Positions 45,937-53,112 of a stretch of 53,112 nt of DNA are shown here, in pieces. Under the pieces are notes generated by a model that ran no database searches, was not told where the DNA came from, and was given only the letters and a program-made list of their open reading frames with translations. The stretch is from a virus (Duplodnaviria; Caudoviricetes): IMG/VR virus record IMGVR_UViG_3300012204_000011, positions 1-53,112 of that record; one strand, written 5' to 3'. A program made the translations under genes and the position numbers. Within the stretch, counting starts at the first letter, position 1. Each line of letters begins with the position of its first letter.

Positions 45937-46734
45937 CTACCCGACCACGGGGAGCGCTGCCTGCCGCGCGAGGTCGGAGGCGCGCGGGGCGATGCCGGTG
46001 GGCGGGTCGACCCAGCGTCGGCCGTCGAGGACCGGCGTCTCGATCTTGCGCGACCCGCCATTCGTGACCTGCTGCTTGTAGAAGAACCCGACGCCCGCGG
46101 CGATGCATTGGTCCCGGATGTTCCGGACCCAGGCCTCCTCCATCGGGCGGGCGTGGGCGCCCGATTCCGCGCCGACGATGACCCAGTGGATGCCGTCGAG
46201 GTGGCCGGAGACGTCGCCGAGGTCCTCGAGCAGCGGCTCGATGGAGAGGAACCGGACGCGCGCGGGGATGTGCCGGAGCGTCTCGGCGCGGCGGAGCCCC
46301 GGCTTGTCGCCGACGGTGCAGCCCAGCCAGGCGTTCGGGTAGCCCTCGCCCCAGTCGGCGGGGAGCGTCTGCGCGATGCGGTCGTGCCGCTTCGTGAGCA
46401 GGAGCCAGTCGAGGCCGAGGGTGCGGCGGATGAGGGCGAACAGGCGCGGGACCTCGGCGGCGGGCGCGTCCTTGTCGGCCCAGTCGCACATGGAGCCGCA
46501 GAACACGCGGTGCCGCACGCCCGCCCTGATCGCGGCGGCGTTCCACTTCTCGGGCTCGTTCCAGTGCTTGTCGCCGAAGGTCCGCCTGCCCGCGGTCGTG
46601 CCCCACACCGCGTGCCCGTACCTCTTCGCGAGCGCCTCCGCGTAGCAGTGCTCGCACGCCGGGTCGATGCGAGCGCATCCCCACCAGGGGTTGAACGTCG
46701 AGTCGGTCCAGGCGATTGCCGTTTCGACGCCCAT
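45937..46734 (-). CDS. DUF5131 (Gp37/Gp68) three-Cys radical-SAM-like protein
   Basis: IAWTDSTFNPWWGCARIDPACEHCYA, VFCGSMCD, LLTKR, FLSIEPLL, WVIVGAESG, FFYKQ. Confidence 0.9.
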   Translation of the reverse strand: MGVETAIAWTDSTFNPWWGCARIDPACEHCYAEALAKRYGHAVWGTTAGRRTFGDKHWNEPEKWNAAAIRAGVRHRVFCGSMCDWADKDAPAAEVPRLFALIRRTLGLDWLLLTKRHDRIAQTLPADWGEGYPNAWLGCTVGDKPGLRRAETLRHIPARVRFLSIEPLLEDLGDVSGHLDGIHWVIVGAESGAHARPMEEAWVRNIRDQCIAAGVGFFYKQQVTNGGSRKIETPVLDGRRWVDPPTGIAPRASDLARQAALPVVG

Positions 46735-46828
46735 GCAGGCCTCCCTCGGGGGTTCGGACTTGTCTGAACGACAAGATAGGACAAGCGGGGCCGTCAAGTC
46801 AATCCTGCGACTCGACTGAGGTTTCCGG

Positions 46829-46838
46829 GATACGTGGG
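46829..46838 (+). promoter_or_regulatory. Candidate late-promoter motif GATACGTGGG (copy 1)
   Basis: Identical 10-mer upstream of terS, of the 49602 gene and of portal. Confidence 0.6.
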
Positions 46839-46862
46839 GCAGGAAGGGGAAGGGCGGGCACC

Positions 46863-47495
46863 ATGAGCGAGCCGGGCGACACGACGAACGTAGGACAGGC
46901 ACGGACCGGTGTGGCCCATGGGCCGGAACAGCGGCGCCGGGTCCCGCCGCTGACGAAGGCCCAGCGCCTCACCCTCCAGGACCAGGCGCTCGAGCTGAAC
47001 CTGGCGGGCAACTCCTACGGGAAGATCGCGGCGTTGCTGTCGAACGAGGCCATGCAGCGCGCGCTCGGGATCGTGCCTCACCGGCCGATCCCGAAGGTGA
47101 TGGCCTTCCGGCTCGTCGACAAGGCGCTCGCGAAGACGAAGGAGGAGGTCGGGGAGAAGGCGGACCGGAAGCGCGAGCGCGAGTTGCGCCGGCTCGACGC
47201 GATGTTCGTCGCGCTCTGGCCGCAGCGGAAGGTCCCGCGGGCGGCCGACTCGCTCCTGCGGATCTCGGAGCGGCGCGCGAAGCTGGAGGGGCTCGACGCG
47301 GCGATCAAGGTGAAGCACGAGGGCGAGCTCGCGACGTCGCCCGGGCTGCCGCTGAAGGACATGACGGACGAGGAGCTCGCGAAGCTCGAGGAGATCACCG
47401 CGGCGGTGGCGGTGCGCGCGGCGGCGAAGATGGGCGCGGCCGCGGCTGGCGCCGTCCCGGGCGCGACGTCGGAGGAGGGGAGCGATGAGCCCTGA
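46863..47495 (+). CDS. terS: Terminase small subunit (probable)
   Basis: QALELNLAGNSYGKIA HTH, ELRRLDAM..LW, LLRISERRAKLEGLDA; upstream of terL. Confidence 0.75.
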   Translation: MSEPGDTTNVGQARTGVAHGPEQRRRVPPLTKAQRLTLQDQALELNLAGNSYGKIAALLSNEAMQRALGIVPHRPIPKVMAFRLVDKALAKTKEEVGEKADRKRERELRRLDAMFVALWPQRKVPRAADSLLRISERRAKLEGLDAAIKVKHEGELATSPGLPLKDMTDEELAKLEEITAAVAVRAAAKMGAAAAGAVPGATSEEGSDEP

Positions 47496-47673
47496 CGAGT
47501 GCGCGCACGAGTGGACGGGCGTGAAGATCGGCGCGGGGCCGTCCGAGCCCGACGAGTACGACGAGGTCTGCGCCCACTGCGGAGCGGAGCGGACCGCGGT
47601 CGAGGGAGTGGACGGCTACAGCGCGGACGAGCTGCGCGAGGTCCTCGACCGCCTCGTTCGGAGCGACCGGTGA
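47485..47673 (+). CDS. Small Zn-finger protein
   Basis: CAHEW...CAHCG. Confidence 0.6.
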   Translation: MSPDECAHEWTGVKIGAGPSEPDEYDEVCAHCGAERTAVEGVDGYSADELREVLDRLVRSDR

Positions 47674-47921
47674 CGGCCCCCGTCGGCGACCTCGTGCGGA
47701 TCTTCTACGACTCGCGCGAGCGTGTCGCGCCGGGCGACGCCATCGTCACGCCGACGGGCCGCACCTACGAAGTGGTCTCCGTCCGCCTCCATGCGCGCGG
47801 GAAGCACGCGGGCCGCCAGCACCTCGGCTGCATCGTCACGCGCGAGCCCGCGCCCGACGCGCGCGTCTTCACCCTGCGCTGGTACCCGCGCGCACGCCGC
47901 GCTCATCGCCCGGAGGCCTAG
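47670..47921 (+). CDS. Hypothetical protein
   Basis: GTGA-coupled. Confidence 0.55.
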   Translation: MTAPVGDLVRIFYDSRERVAPGDAIVTPTGRTYEVVSVRLHARGKHAGRQHLGCIVTREPAPDARVFTLRWYPRARRAHRPEA

Positions 47922-47926
47922 CCCCC

Positions 47927-49519
47927 GTGGCGGTCGTGCTGACCGAGCTCCCGAGCCTGGAGGAGATCCGGGCCGAGAAGGCGCGCCGGCGCTTCGCCGA
48001 GTTCTGCCGCCAGGCCTGGCATGTCGTCGAGCCCGCCACTCGGCTCGTGTGGAACTGGCACATCGACGCGCTGTGCGAGCACCTCGAGGCCGTCTCCGCC
48101 GGGCAGATCCAGGACCTCCTCGTCAACGTGCCGCCGGGCACGATGAAGTCGCTCACCACCAGCGTCTTCTGGCCGGCCTGGGTCTGGACGCGCCGTCCAT
48201 CGTGGCGGGTCAACTATTGGTCTTACGCCGACGAGGTGTCGATCCGCGACTCGGTGAAGTGCCGCACGCTCATTCGGTCGAACTGGTACCGGAAGCACTT
48301 CATCCGCGACGAATGGAAGCTCAGCGCCGACCAGGACACGAAGCACCTGTTCCAGAACACGAGGTTCGGCTTCCGCGGCGCGCTCTCCATCGGTGGCGCC
48401 ACGACCGGCCTCCGCGGCGACACGATCGTCATCGACGACCCGCTCAACGCGCAGGAGCAGGACTCGAAGGCCGCCCGCGACGCCGTGCTCGTCGCGTGGG
48501 ACCAGGGCATCGCGAACCGGCTCAACGACATGCAGACCGGCTCGCGCGTCGTGATCATGCAGCGGCTCCACGAGGAGGACCTGTCCGGTCACCTCCTCCG
48601 CCAGGGCGGCTGGGAGCACCTCCTCCTGCCGTCGGAGTTCGATCCGAAGCGTCGCTCGGTCACGTACATCCGCAAGAACCCGCTTCCGCTGCCCTCGCCG
48701 CCGACCTGTCCTGCCGACGTCGCCGGCACCGAGCCGGACCTCGAATCGCAGATGCGCTCGGATGAGCCGAGCGAGCGCGTGAAGTTTTTCGAGGACCCCC
48801 GCAGGGATCCCGGCGAGCTGCTCTTCCCCGCGAAGTTCCCCGCCTCGGTGCTCGCCGGCGAGAAGACGCGCATGGGCTCCTCCGGCTACGCCGGCCAGCA
48901 CCAACAGCGCCCGGCGCCGCCCGAGGGGATCATCTTCAAGCGCGCGTGGTTCATGCGCTGGCACCGCGCCGGCGAGTTCATCCCGGTGGGCGTCGAGTCG
49001 CGCCTGCTGCCCGAGAAGTGGGACCAGGAGATCATCTCCGTCGACTGCTCGTTCAAGGACCTCGAGACCTCCGACTATGTGGCGATCGGGGTGTGGGGCC
49101 GCGTCGGGCCCGACAAATTCCTGCGCGACCAGGTGCGCGCGAAGCTCTCGTTCACCGAGACGTTGAAGAAGCTGCTCGAGCTCATCTCGGCCTACCCGCG
49201 CGCGCGCGCGAAGCTCATCGAGGACAAGGCGAACGGCACGGCCGTGATCTCTGTCCTGAAGAAGAAGATCCCCGGCATCATCCCGATCGAGCCGGAGGGC
49301 GGGAAGGAGGCGCGCGCGCATGCGGTCTCCCCGGACGTCGAGGCGGGGAACGTCTTCATCCCGCTCTACGCCCCCTGGGTGCACGACTACATCGAGGAGA
49401 TGTGCTCGTTCCCGAAGGCCGCCAACGACGACCAGGTGGACCAGACGACGCAGGCGCTCCGGCGCTTCTCGAAGAAGACCTCCGGGCTCGAGGCACTCGA
49501 GGCGCTCGCCGCGCGCTGA
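47927..49519 (+). CDS. terL: Terminase large subunit
   Basis: NWHID, VNVPPGTMKS, IVIDDP, IMQRLHEEDL, SVDCSFK, IEDKANG, FPKAANDDQVD. Confidence 0.93.
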   Translation: MAVVLTELPSLEEIRAEKARRRFAEFCRQAWHVVEPATRLVWNWHIDALCEHLEAVSAGQIQDLLVNVPPGTMKSLTTSVFWPAWVWTRRPSWRVNYWSYADEVSIRDSVKCRTLIRSNWYRKHFIRDEWKLSADQDTKHLFQNTRFGFRGALSIGGATTGLRGDTIVIDDPLNAQEQDSKAARDAVLVAWDQGIANRLNDMQTGSRVVIMQRLHEEDLSGHLLRQGGWEHLLLPSEFDPKRRSVTYIRKNPLPLPSPPTCPADVAGTEPDLESQMRSDEPSERVKFFEDPRRDPGELLFPAKFPASVLAGEKTRMGSSGYAGQHQQRPAPPEGIIFKRAWFMRWHRAGEFIPVGVESRLLPEKWDQEIISVDCSFKDLETSDYVAIGVWGRVGPDKFLRDQVRAKLSFTETLKKLLELISAYPRARAKLIEDKANGTAVISVLKKKIPGIIPIEPEGGKEARAHAVSPDVEAGNVFIPLYAPWVHDYIEEMCSFPKAANDDQVDQTTQALRRFSKKTSGLEALEALAAR

Positions 49520-49540
49520 GGAGCGTTCCCGGGGTTCCCT

Positions 49541-49550
49541 GATACGTGGG
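49541..49550 (+). promoter_or_regulatory. Candidate late-promoter motif GATACGTGGG (copy 2)
   Basis: Intergenic after terL, preceded by CCCGGGG. Confidence 0.6.
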
Positions 49551-49601
49551 GAGCACCAGACGAACAAGCGGCCGCGCGGCGACCGTAACAGGGAGGCGAA
49601 C

Positions 49602-50246
49602 ATGCCGAAGACCACCTCTTACGCGAACCTCCTGCTGGGCGTGAAGCGCGGCGTTGCGCTTTCCTGGCCGGCGACCGTCTACGCCGCGCTCGCCGTGGCG
49701 ACGAAGGGGGCGCGCGCCGCCCTCAACTCCCAGGCCGTCTCGCTCAACGACACGGTGTGTCTCACCCCCAACGGCGCGACGAAGCTGTCGCTCTACAAGG
49801 TGACGACCGCTGGGACGCTGGCCGCCGCGCAGAGCACGCTCTACCCGGGCGTCGCGAACGAGGCGATCACCGACGGGACCGCGGTGCTCACCGAGCAGAC
49901 CTCAGCGCTCCAGGCGATCACCGGGGCGAGCATGGCGATCGTGAACGAGCCGACGGTGGGCACGAACGCCTACGCCCGGATCGCGCTGACGAGCAACACG
50001 ACGAATTGGGGCGCGGCGGCTTCCGGTCAGATCCAGAACGCGGGCGCGGCCTGGACGTGGCCGCAGGCGACGCCCGCCGGCTGGACCTCGGGTCCCGCCG
50101 CGGCGTGGGGCGTCGTTCTACTCGACCAGGCAGCGGCCGGCGGCGGCAACGCATGGGAGTGGTACGGGATGCCGAACGTGATCCAGGTGTCGGCACTCGC
50201 TACCCCGTCGATCGCGGCTGCCGGACTGACGGTGACGGAGGCGTAG
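49602..50246 (+). CDS. Virion structural/minor tail-like protein
   Basis: VYAAL...NEP..NAYARIAL..WGAAASGQIQN..WPQAT..W pattern of minor tail proteins. Confidence 0.6.
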   Translation: MPKTTSYANLLLGVKRGVALSWPATVYAALAVATKGARAALNSQAVSLNDTVCLTPNGATKLSLYKVTTAGTLAAAQSTLYPGVANEAITDGTAVLTEQTSALQAITGASMAIVNEPTVGTNAYARIALTSNTTNWGAAASGQIQNAGAAWTWPQATPAGWTSGPAAAWGVVLLDQAAAGGGNAWEWYGMPNVIQVSALATPSIAAAGLTVTEA

Positions 50247-50247
50247 C

Positions 50248-50469
50248 GTGATCACGCACGCCAAGGTCACGGCCATCGCGGACGACGGTACGTCCGACGT
50301 GGGATCCGACGAGTGGAATGCTGCCCACGTTTTCGCCGGGATCCCACGTGTCATCACGACGAGCCTCGTCGTGGACACGTGCTGCAGCTACGTCGTGTCC
50401 GGCGACTTCGAGATCGCGGCGGGCCTCGACTTCGAGATCGCGACTGGCGCCACCCTGGAGATCCTATGA
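50248..50469 (+). CDS. Small structural-type protein
   Basis: ITHAKV...DEWNAAH; FEIAAGLDFEIATGATLEI. Confidence 0.55.
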   Translation: MITHAKVTAIADDGTSDVGSDEWNAAHVFAGIPRVITTSLVVDTCCSYVVSGDFEIAAGLDFEIATGATLEIL

Positions 50470-51692
50470 GCACCGCTACGCTGAACAAGGTCGCGACCCC
50501 GAGCACGCCCGCCGCAGGGAAGCTCTCGATCTTCTACGACACCGCAGACAACAAACTGAAGTCGATCGACGAGTTCGCGGTGGTCAGGGCGGTCGAGTTG
50601 GATGGCTGGCGCGACCACCCGACGATCGGCAACGGGGAGATGGAGTTCTGGCAGCGCCAGGCGCCGGGCACGCTGACCACGTACTCGAGCGTCGGCGGGC
50701 GGGTTTACACGGCGGATCGCTGGTTCGTCAGCAACGAGAACCTCAGCGTCCAGGCCATCCGCGTGGACACCGAGACGGCGAAGGAAACCGGGTTCGGCGT
50801 CCGGTACTACGGGCAATTCAGCAAGATCACGACGACCGGCAAGTTCATGATCGGGCAGCTTCTCAGCTCGACCGTGATCGCCTCAATGCGCGGCTCGCAG
50901 GTCCGCCTTCAGTTCAACATGAAGGCGTCCGCGGCCAAGACCATCCGGCTCGGGCTCGTCCAGCTCGCCGCCGCCGGAACCGTGGACGCGGTTCCGATCA
51001 GCGCCGGGACGTGGATCACGGCCTGGGGCGCCAACACCGTCGACCCGACGCTCGGGACGAACCTCGCCTATCTCACGCCGGTGGCGAACTCCGCGGATGG
51101 CGGGACCATCAGCGGCAGCGCGATGTCGTGCGCCTGCACGACCGCGTGGAAGCGCTTTTCCTGCGTCTTCGCTCCGCCGGTCGATTGCCACGACCTCATG
51201 CTGTGCATCTGGACCGACTCGCAGTTCGCGGCGGCCGACTCCGTTTCGTTCGGCGAGTGCTGCATCTACGACGGGCCAGAGGTCAGGACGAACTTCGTGG
51301 CCTTCCCTGCCTCGATCGAATTCAACCGCCTCCAGCGGTACTACTGCAAGTCATTTCCGGTCCTCACGGCACCTGCGGCGTCGCTGTCAGTCGCGGCGGC
51401 CGGGGCGGGCGAGGTTGGCGTCGTCGCGAGAGCCGGTGCGCTGGCTCTAGCGGATACGATCCCGATCTATTTTCCGATCGTTATGCGTGGCGTGCCCGTG
51501 GTGACGCTCTACACTCCGGTCGGCGCGGGAGCGGTGCCCTACCGGATCAATGGGACCACGCCAGCCGTTCAGACAGCGGTCGCCCAGCTCGGGCTCACGG
51601 AGCGCGGTCTGGTGGTCACCGCGACTGGCGACGCGGCCGGCGCGATCGGGGACCTCGTCGGCGTCCACTACACGGCGGACGCGGAGTTGTAG
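50466..51692 (+). CDS. Tail fibre/carbohydrate-binding-module protein
   Basis: NGEMEFWQR, YTADRW, TTAWKRFS, E..RLQRYYCKSF, FPIVMRGVPVVTLY, HYTADAEL. Confidence 0.75.
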   Translation: MSTATLNKVATPSTPAAGKLSIFYDTADNKLKSIDEFAVVRAVELDGWRDHPTIGNGEMEFWQRQAPGTLTTYSSVGGRVYTADRWFVSNENLSVQAIRVDTETAKETGFGVRYYGQFSKITTTGKFMIGQLLSSTVIASMRGSQVRLQFNMKASAAKTIRLGLVQLAAAGTVDAVPISAGTWITAWGANTVDPTLGTNLAYLTPVANSADGGTISGSAMSCACTTAWKRFSCVFAPPVDCHDLMLCIWTDSQFAAADSVSFGECCIYDGPEVRTNFVAFPASIEFNRLQRYYCKSFPVLTAPAASLSVAAAGAGEVGVVARAGALALADTIPIYFPIVMRGVPVVTLYTPVGAGAVPYRINGTTPAVQTAVAQLGLTERGLVVTATGDAAGAIGDLVGVHYTADAEL

Positions 51693-51701
51693 GAGGATCG
51701 C

Positions 51702-52664
51702 GTGGGCCTGTTCCAGCCCGGGGTCTTCCAGCCCACCGTCTTCCAGGGCGCCGCCGGTGGCGGCGGCAGCTCCGTCGCGGTCACGGCGTCCGGCTCCGGC
51801 GTCGGTCGCGGGCTCGCGTCGGTCCTTGTCGCCCTCGCGGTCGGGGCTTCCGGTGGCGGGGTCTCCACGGGGACCGCCACCGTCTCGGTCGCCGTCCCCG
51901 CGCAAGCGTCGGGCGCGGGGGTCAGCACCGGGACCGCCTCGGCTCGCTCCGCCCTCGCGGCCGTCGTCCTGGGCGCCGGCGCTGGCTCCGGGAGCGCGAC
52001 CCTCACGCTCGCCGCAGCGGTCCATGCGAGCGGAACGGGCGTCTCGACCGGTACGGCAGCGCTCGGCCTCGCCCAGGCGGCGCAGGCGAGCGGTGCGGGG
52101 CGAGAGGCGGGGACGGCGACTGTTTCGACCGCCCAGGCTCTCGCGGCAGGTGGGGCGGGTACCGGCTCCGGGACCGCGACCGCTCAGATCGCCCAGGCCA
52201 TCACGGCGAGCGGCTCGGGCGCCGGTCAGGGCACGGCGACGGCGCGGGAAACGATCGCGGTCCAGGCATCGGGCGACGGCCGCAGCACCGGAACGGCCAC
52301 CATCACGGTCGGCGGCGCCTCCGTCGCCGTCACCGCCTCGGGTGCGGGTATCGGGTCGGGCTCGGCGACCGTTCGGGAAGCGATCTCCATCGCCGCGTCC
52401 GGCGCAGGCGCATCGACGGGCAGCGCCACGGCTGCGGAGACGGTCCTCGTGGTCGCAAGCGGCGCCGGCTCGAGCCAGGGGACGGCCACGGTGCAGGCCG
52501 TCACCGCCGGCGCCCTTGAACCGCCAGCCCCGCGGCCGGAACCGACCGACCCCTGGGACATCCGGCGGATGCGGCTCCAGGGAACGACGCTCGGGGGAGC
52601 CTACCTGCGTGGGCGGACGAGCAGGATGCCGCGCGGCGTCGGGCGCAAGACCCCGCTCTTCTGA
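51702..52664 (+). CDS. Ala/Gly/Ser/Thr repeat structural protein
   Basis: N-terminal FQPGVFQPTVFQ; about a dozen ~20-aa ASGxGxxxGTAT repeats. Confidence 0.7.
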   Translation: MGLFQPGVFQPTVFQGAAGGGGSSVAVTASGSGVGRGLASVLVALAVGASGGGVSTGTATVSVAVPAQASGAGVSTGTASARSALAAVVLGAGAGSGSATLTLAAAVHASGTGVSTGTAALGLAQAAQASGAGREAGTATVSTAQALAAGGAGTGSGTATAQIAQAITASGSGAGQGTATARETIAVQASGDGRSTGTATITVGGASVAVTASGAGIGSGSATVREAISIAASGAGASTGSATAAETVLVVASGAGSSQGTATVQAVTAGALEPPAPRPEPTDPWDIRRMRLQGTTLGGAYLRGRTSRMPRGVGRKTPLF

Positions 52665-52691
52665 CGCCCGGTCGACCCGGGGCGCCCCAGT

Positions 52692-52701
52692 GATACGTGG
52701 G
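52692..52701 (+). promoter_or_regulatory. Candidate late-promoter motif GATACGTGGG (copy 3)
   Basis: 4 nt upstream of portal ATG, preceded by CCCGGGG. Confidence 0.6.
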
Positions 52702-52705
52702 CGGC

Positions 52706-53112
52706 ATGGCCAGACCGAAGGCGCGCGCGCGCGTGGACTCCGCCTCGAAGCCCGCGCGCCGCGGTCCGATCCAGGAGCGCCGCGATGCCGCCCTCACCAC
52801 CGTTCGGCATCGGGATGGGTGGGACAACGTCTTCACCGGGCTCGGGACCGAGCGCGACAAGCGCCGCGGCGCCGGCGTCGTCGTCCTCACCCTCGACTAC
52901 AACCAGGCCCATGACCTCTATCGCGGCGACGACATGGCCGCGAAGATCATTGACGAGCCCTCGCGCGAGGCCACGCGCCGCTGGCTCGACGTCCAGATCC
53001 AGGACGACAAGGTCGCGTCGGAGCTCGTCGAGAAAGAAGAGCGGAAGCTCAAGGCGAAGAAGCTCTTCCAGCGCGCGATGGCGTGGTCCCGCGCGTTCGG
53101 CGGCGCGGCCCT
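52706..53112 (+). CDS. Portal protein (DUF1073-type), 5' part, truncated by window
   Basis: RDGWDNVFTGLGTERDK...LYRGDDMAAKIID..REATR...AWSRAFGGA. Confidence 0.85.
   Translation, partial: MARPKARARVDSASKPARRGPIQERRDAALTTVRHRDGWDNVFTGLGTERDKRRGAGVVVLTLDYNQAHDLYRGDDMAAKIIDEPSREATRRWLDVQIQDDKVASELVEKEERKLKAKKLFQRAMAWSRAFGGAA

Larger units (their letters stand above)
1..53112. mobile_element. Temperate prophage (left portion; extends beyond right edge)
   Basis: att-like tRNA fragment, integrase, divergent early operons with repressor/Cro, replication module, terminase and portal in lambdoid order. Confidence 0.95.

Noticed and set aside
45739-46767. Plus-strand ORF spanning DUF5131 antisense, starting at TGATG overlap
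   Set aside because: Composition is that of an antisense shadow and its stop is not coupled to terS, so unlike 30588-31175 there is no positive evidence of function
51770-52500. DNA repeat array or DGR-like repeats in the last structural gene
   Set aside because: Periodicity is at protein level with divergent codons; no reverse transcriptase or template/variable repeat pair seen in window
52706-53112. Anti-CBASS Acb1 label often attached to DUF1073 proteins
   Set aside because: Position after terminase and N-terminal motifs indicate a portal; no 2H-phosphoesterase motif visible in the fragment

Overview
The window is the left ~53 kb of a temperate, lambdoid-organised prophage in a very GC-rich host. 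Codon style and gene content suggest a myxobacterium such as Anaeromyxobacter; this is an inference. The left end carries a displaced tRNA 3' fragment (probable att core, selC-like) at 2-25. It is followed by a tyrosine integrase, two excisionase-like HTH genes and a ~25 kb leftward early operon. That operon contains a HerA/DUF87 ATPase, a TrpF-like TIM barrel, ASCH, HD-like, DUF1643 and YkgJ proteins, an acyl carrier protein, an SMC-like ATPase, a putative annealase and a Cas4-like exonuclease. A divergent repressor/Cro switch with a conserved 20-bp operator sits at 25.1-26.3 kb. The rightward operon carries DNA methyltransferases, a radical SAM enzyme, an SNF2 helicase, a replication initiator with iterons, a DnaC-like loader, RusA and a ParB-MTase-DUF5131 cluster. 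It then continues into terminase, four virion-type genes and the start of the portal. The most striking structure is an antisense LAGLIDADG homing endonuclease inserted after codon 22 of a DNA methyltransferase. It is followed by a synonymously recoded replacement 5' end, and an open bridging frame couples to the new start. The same methyltransferase is frameshifted at a G9 tract. All family assignments come from motif recognition by eye; no database searches were run.
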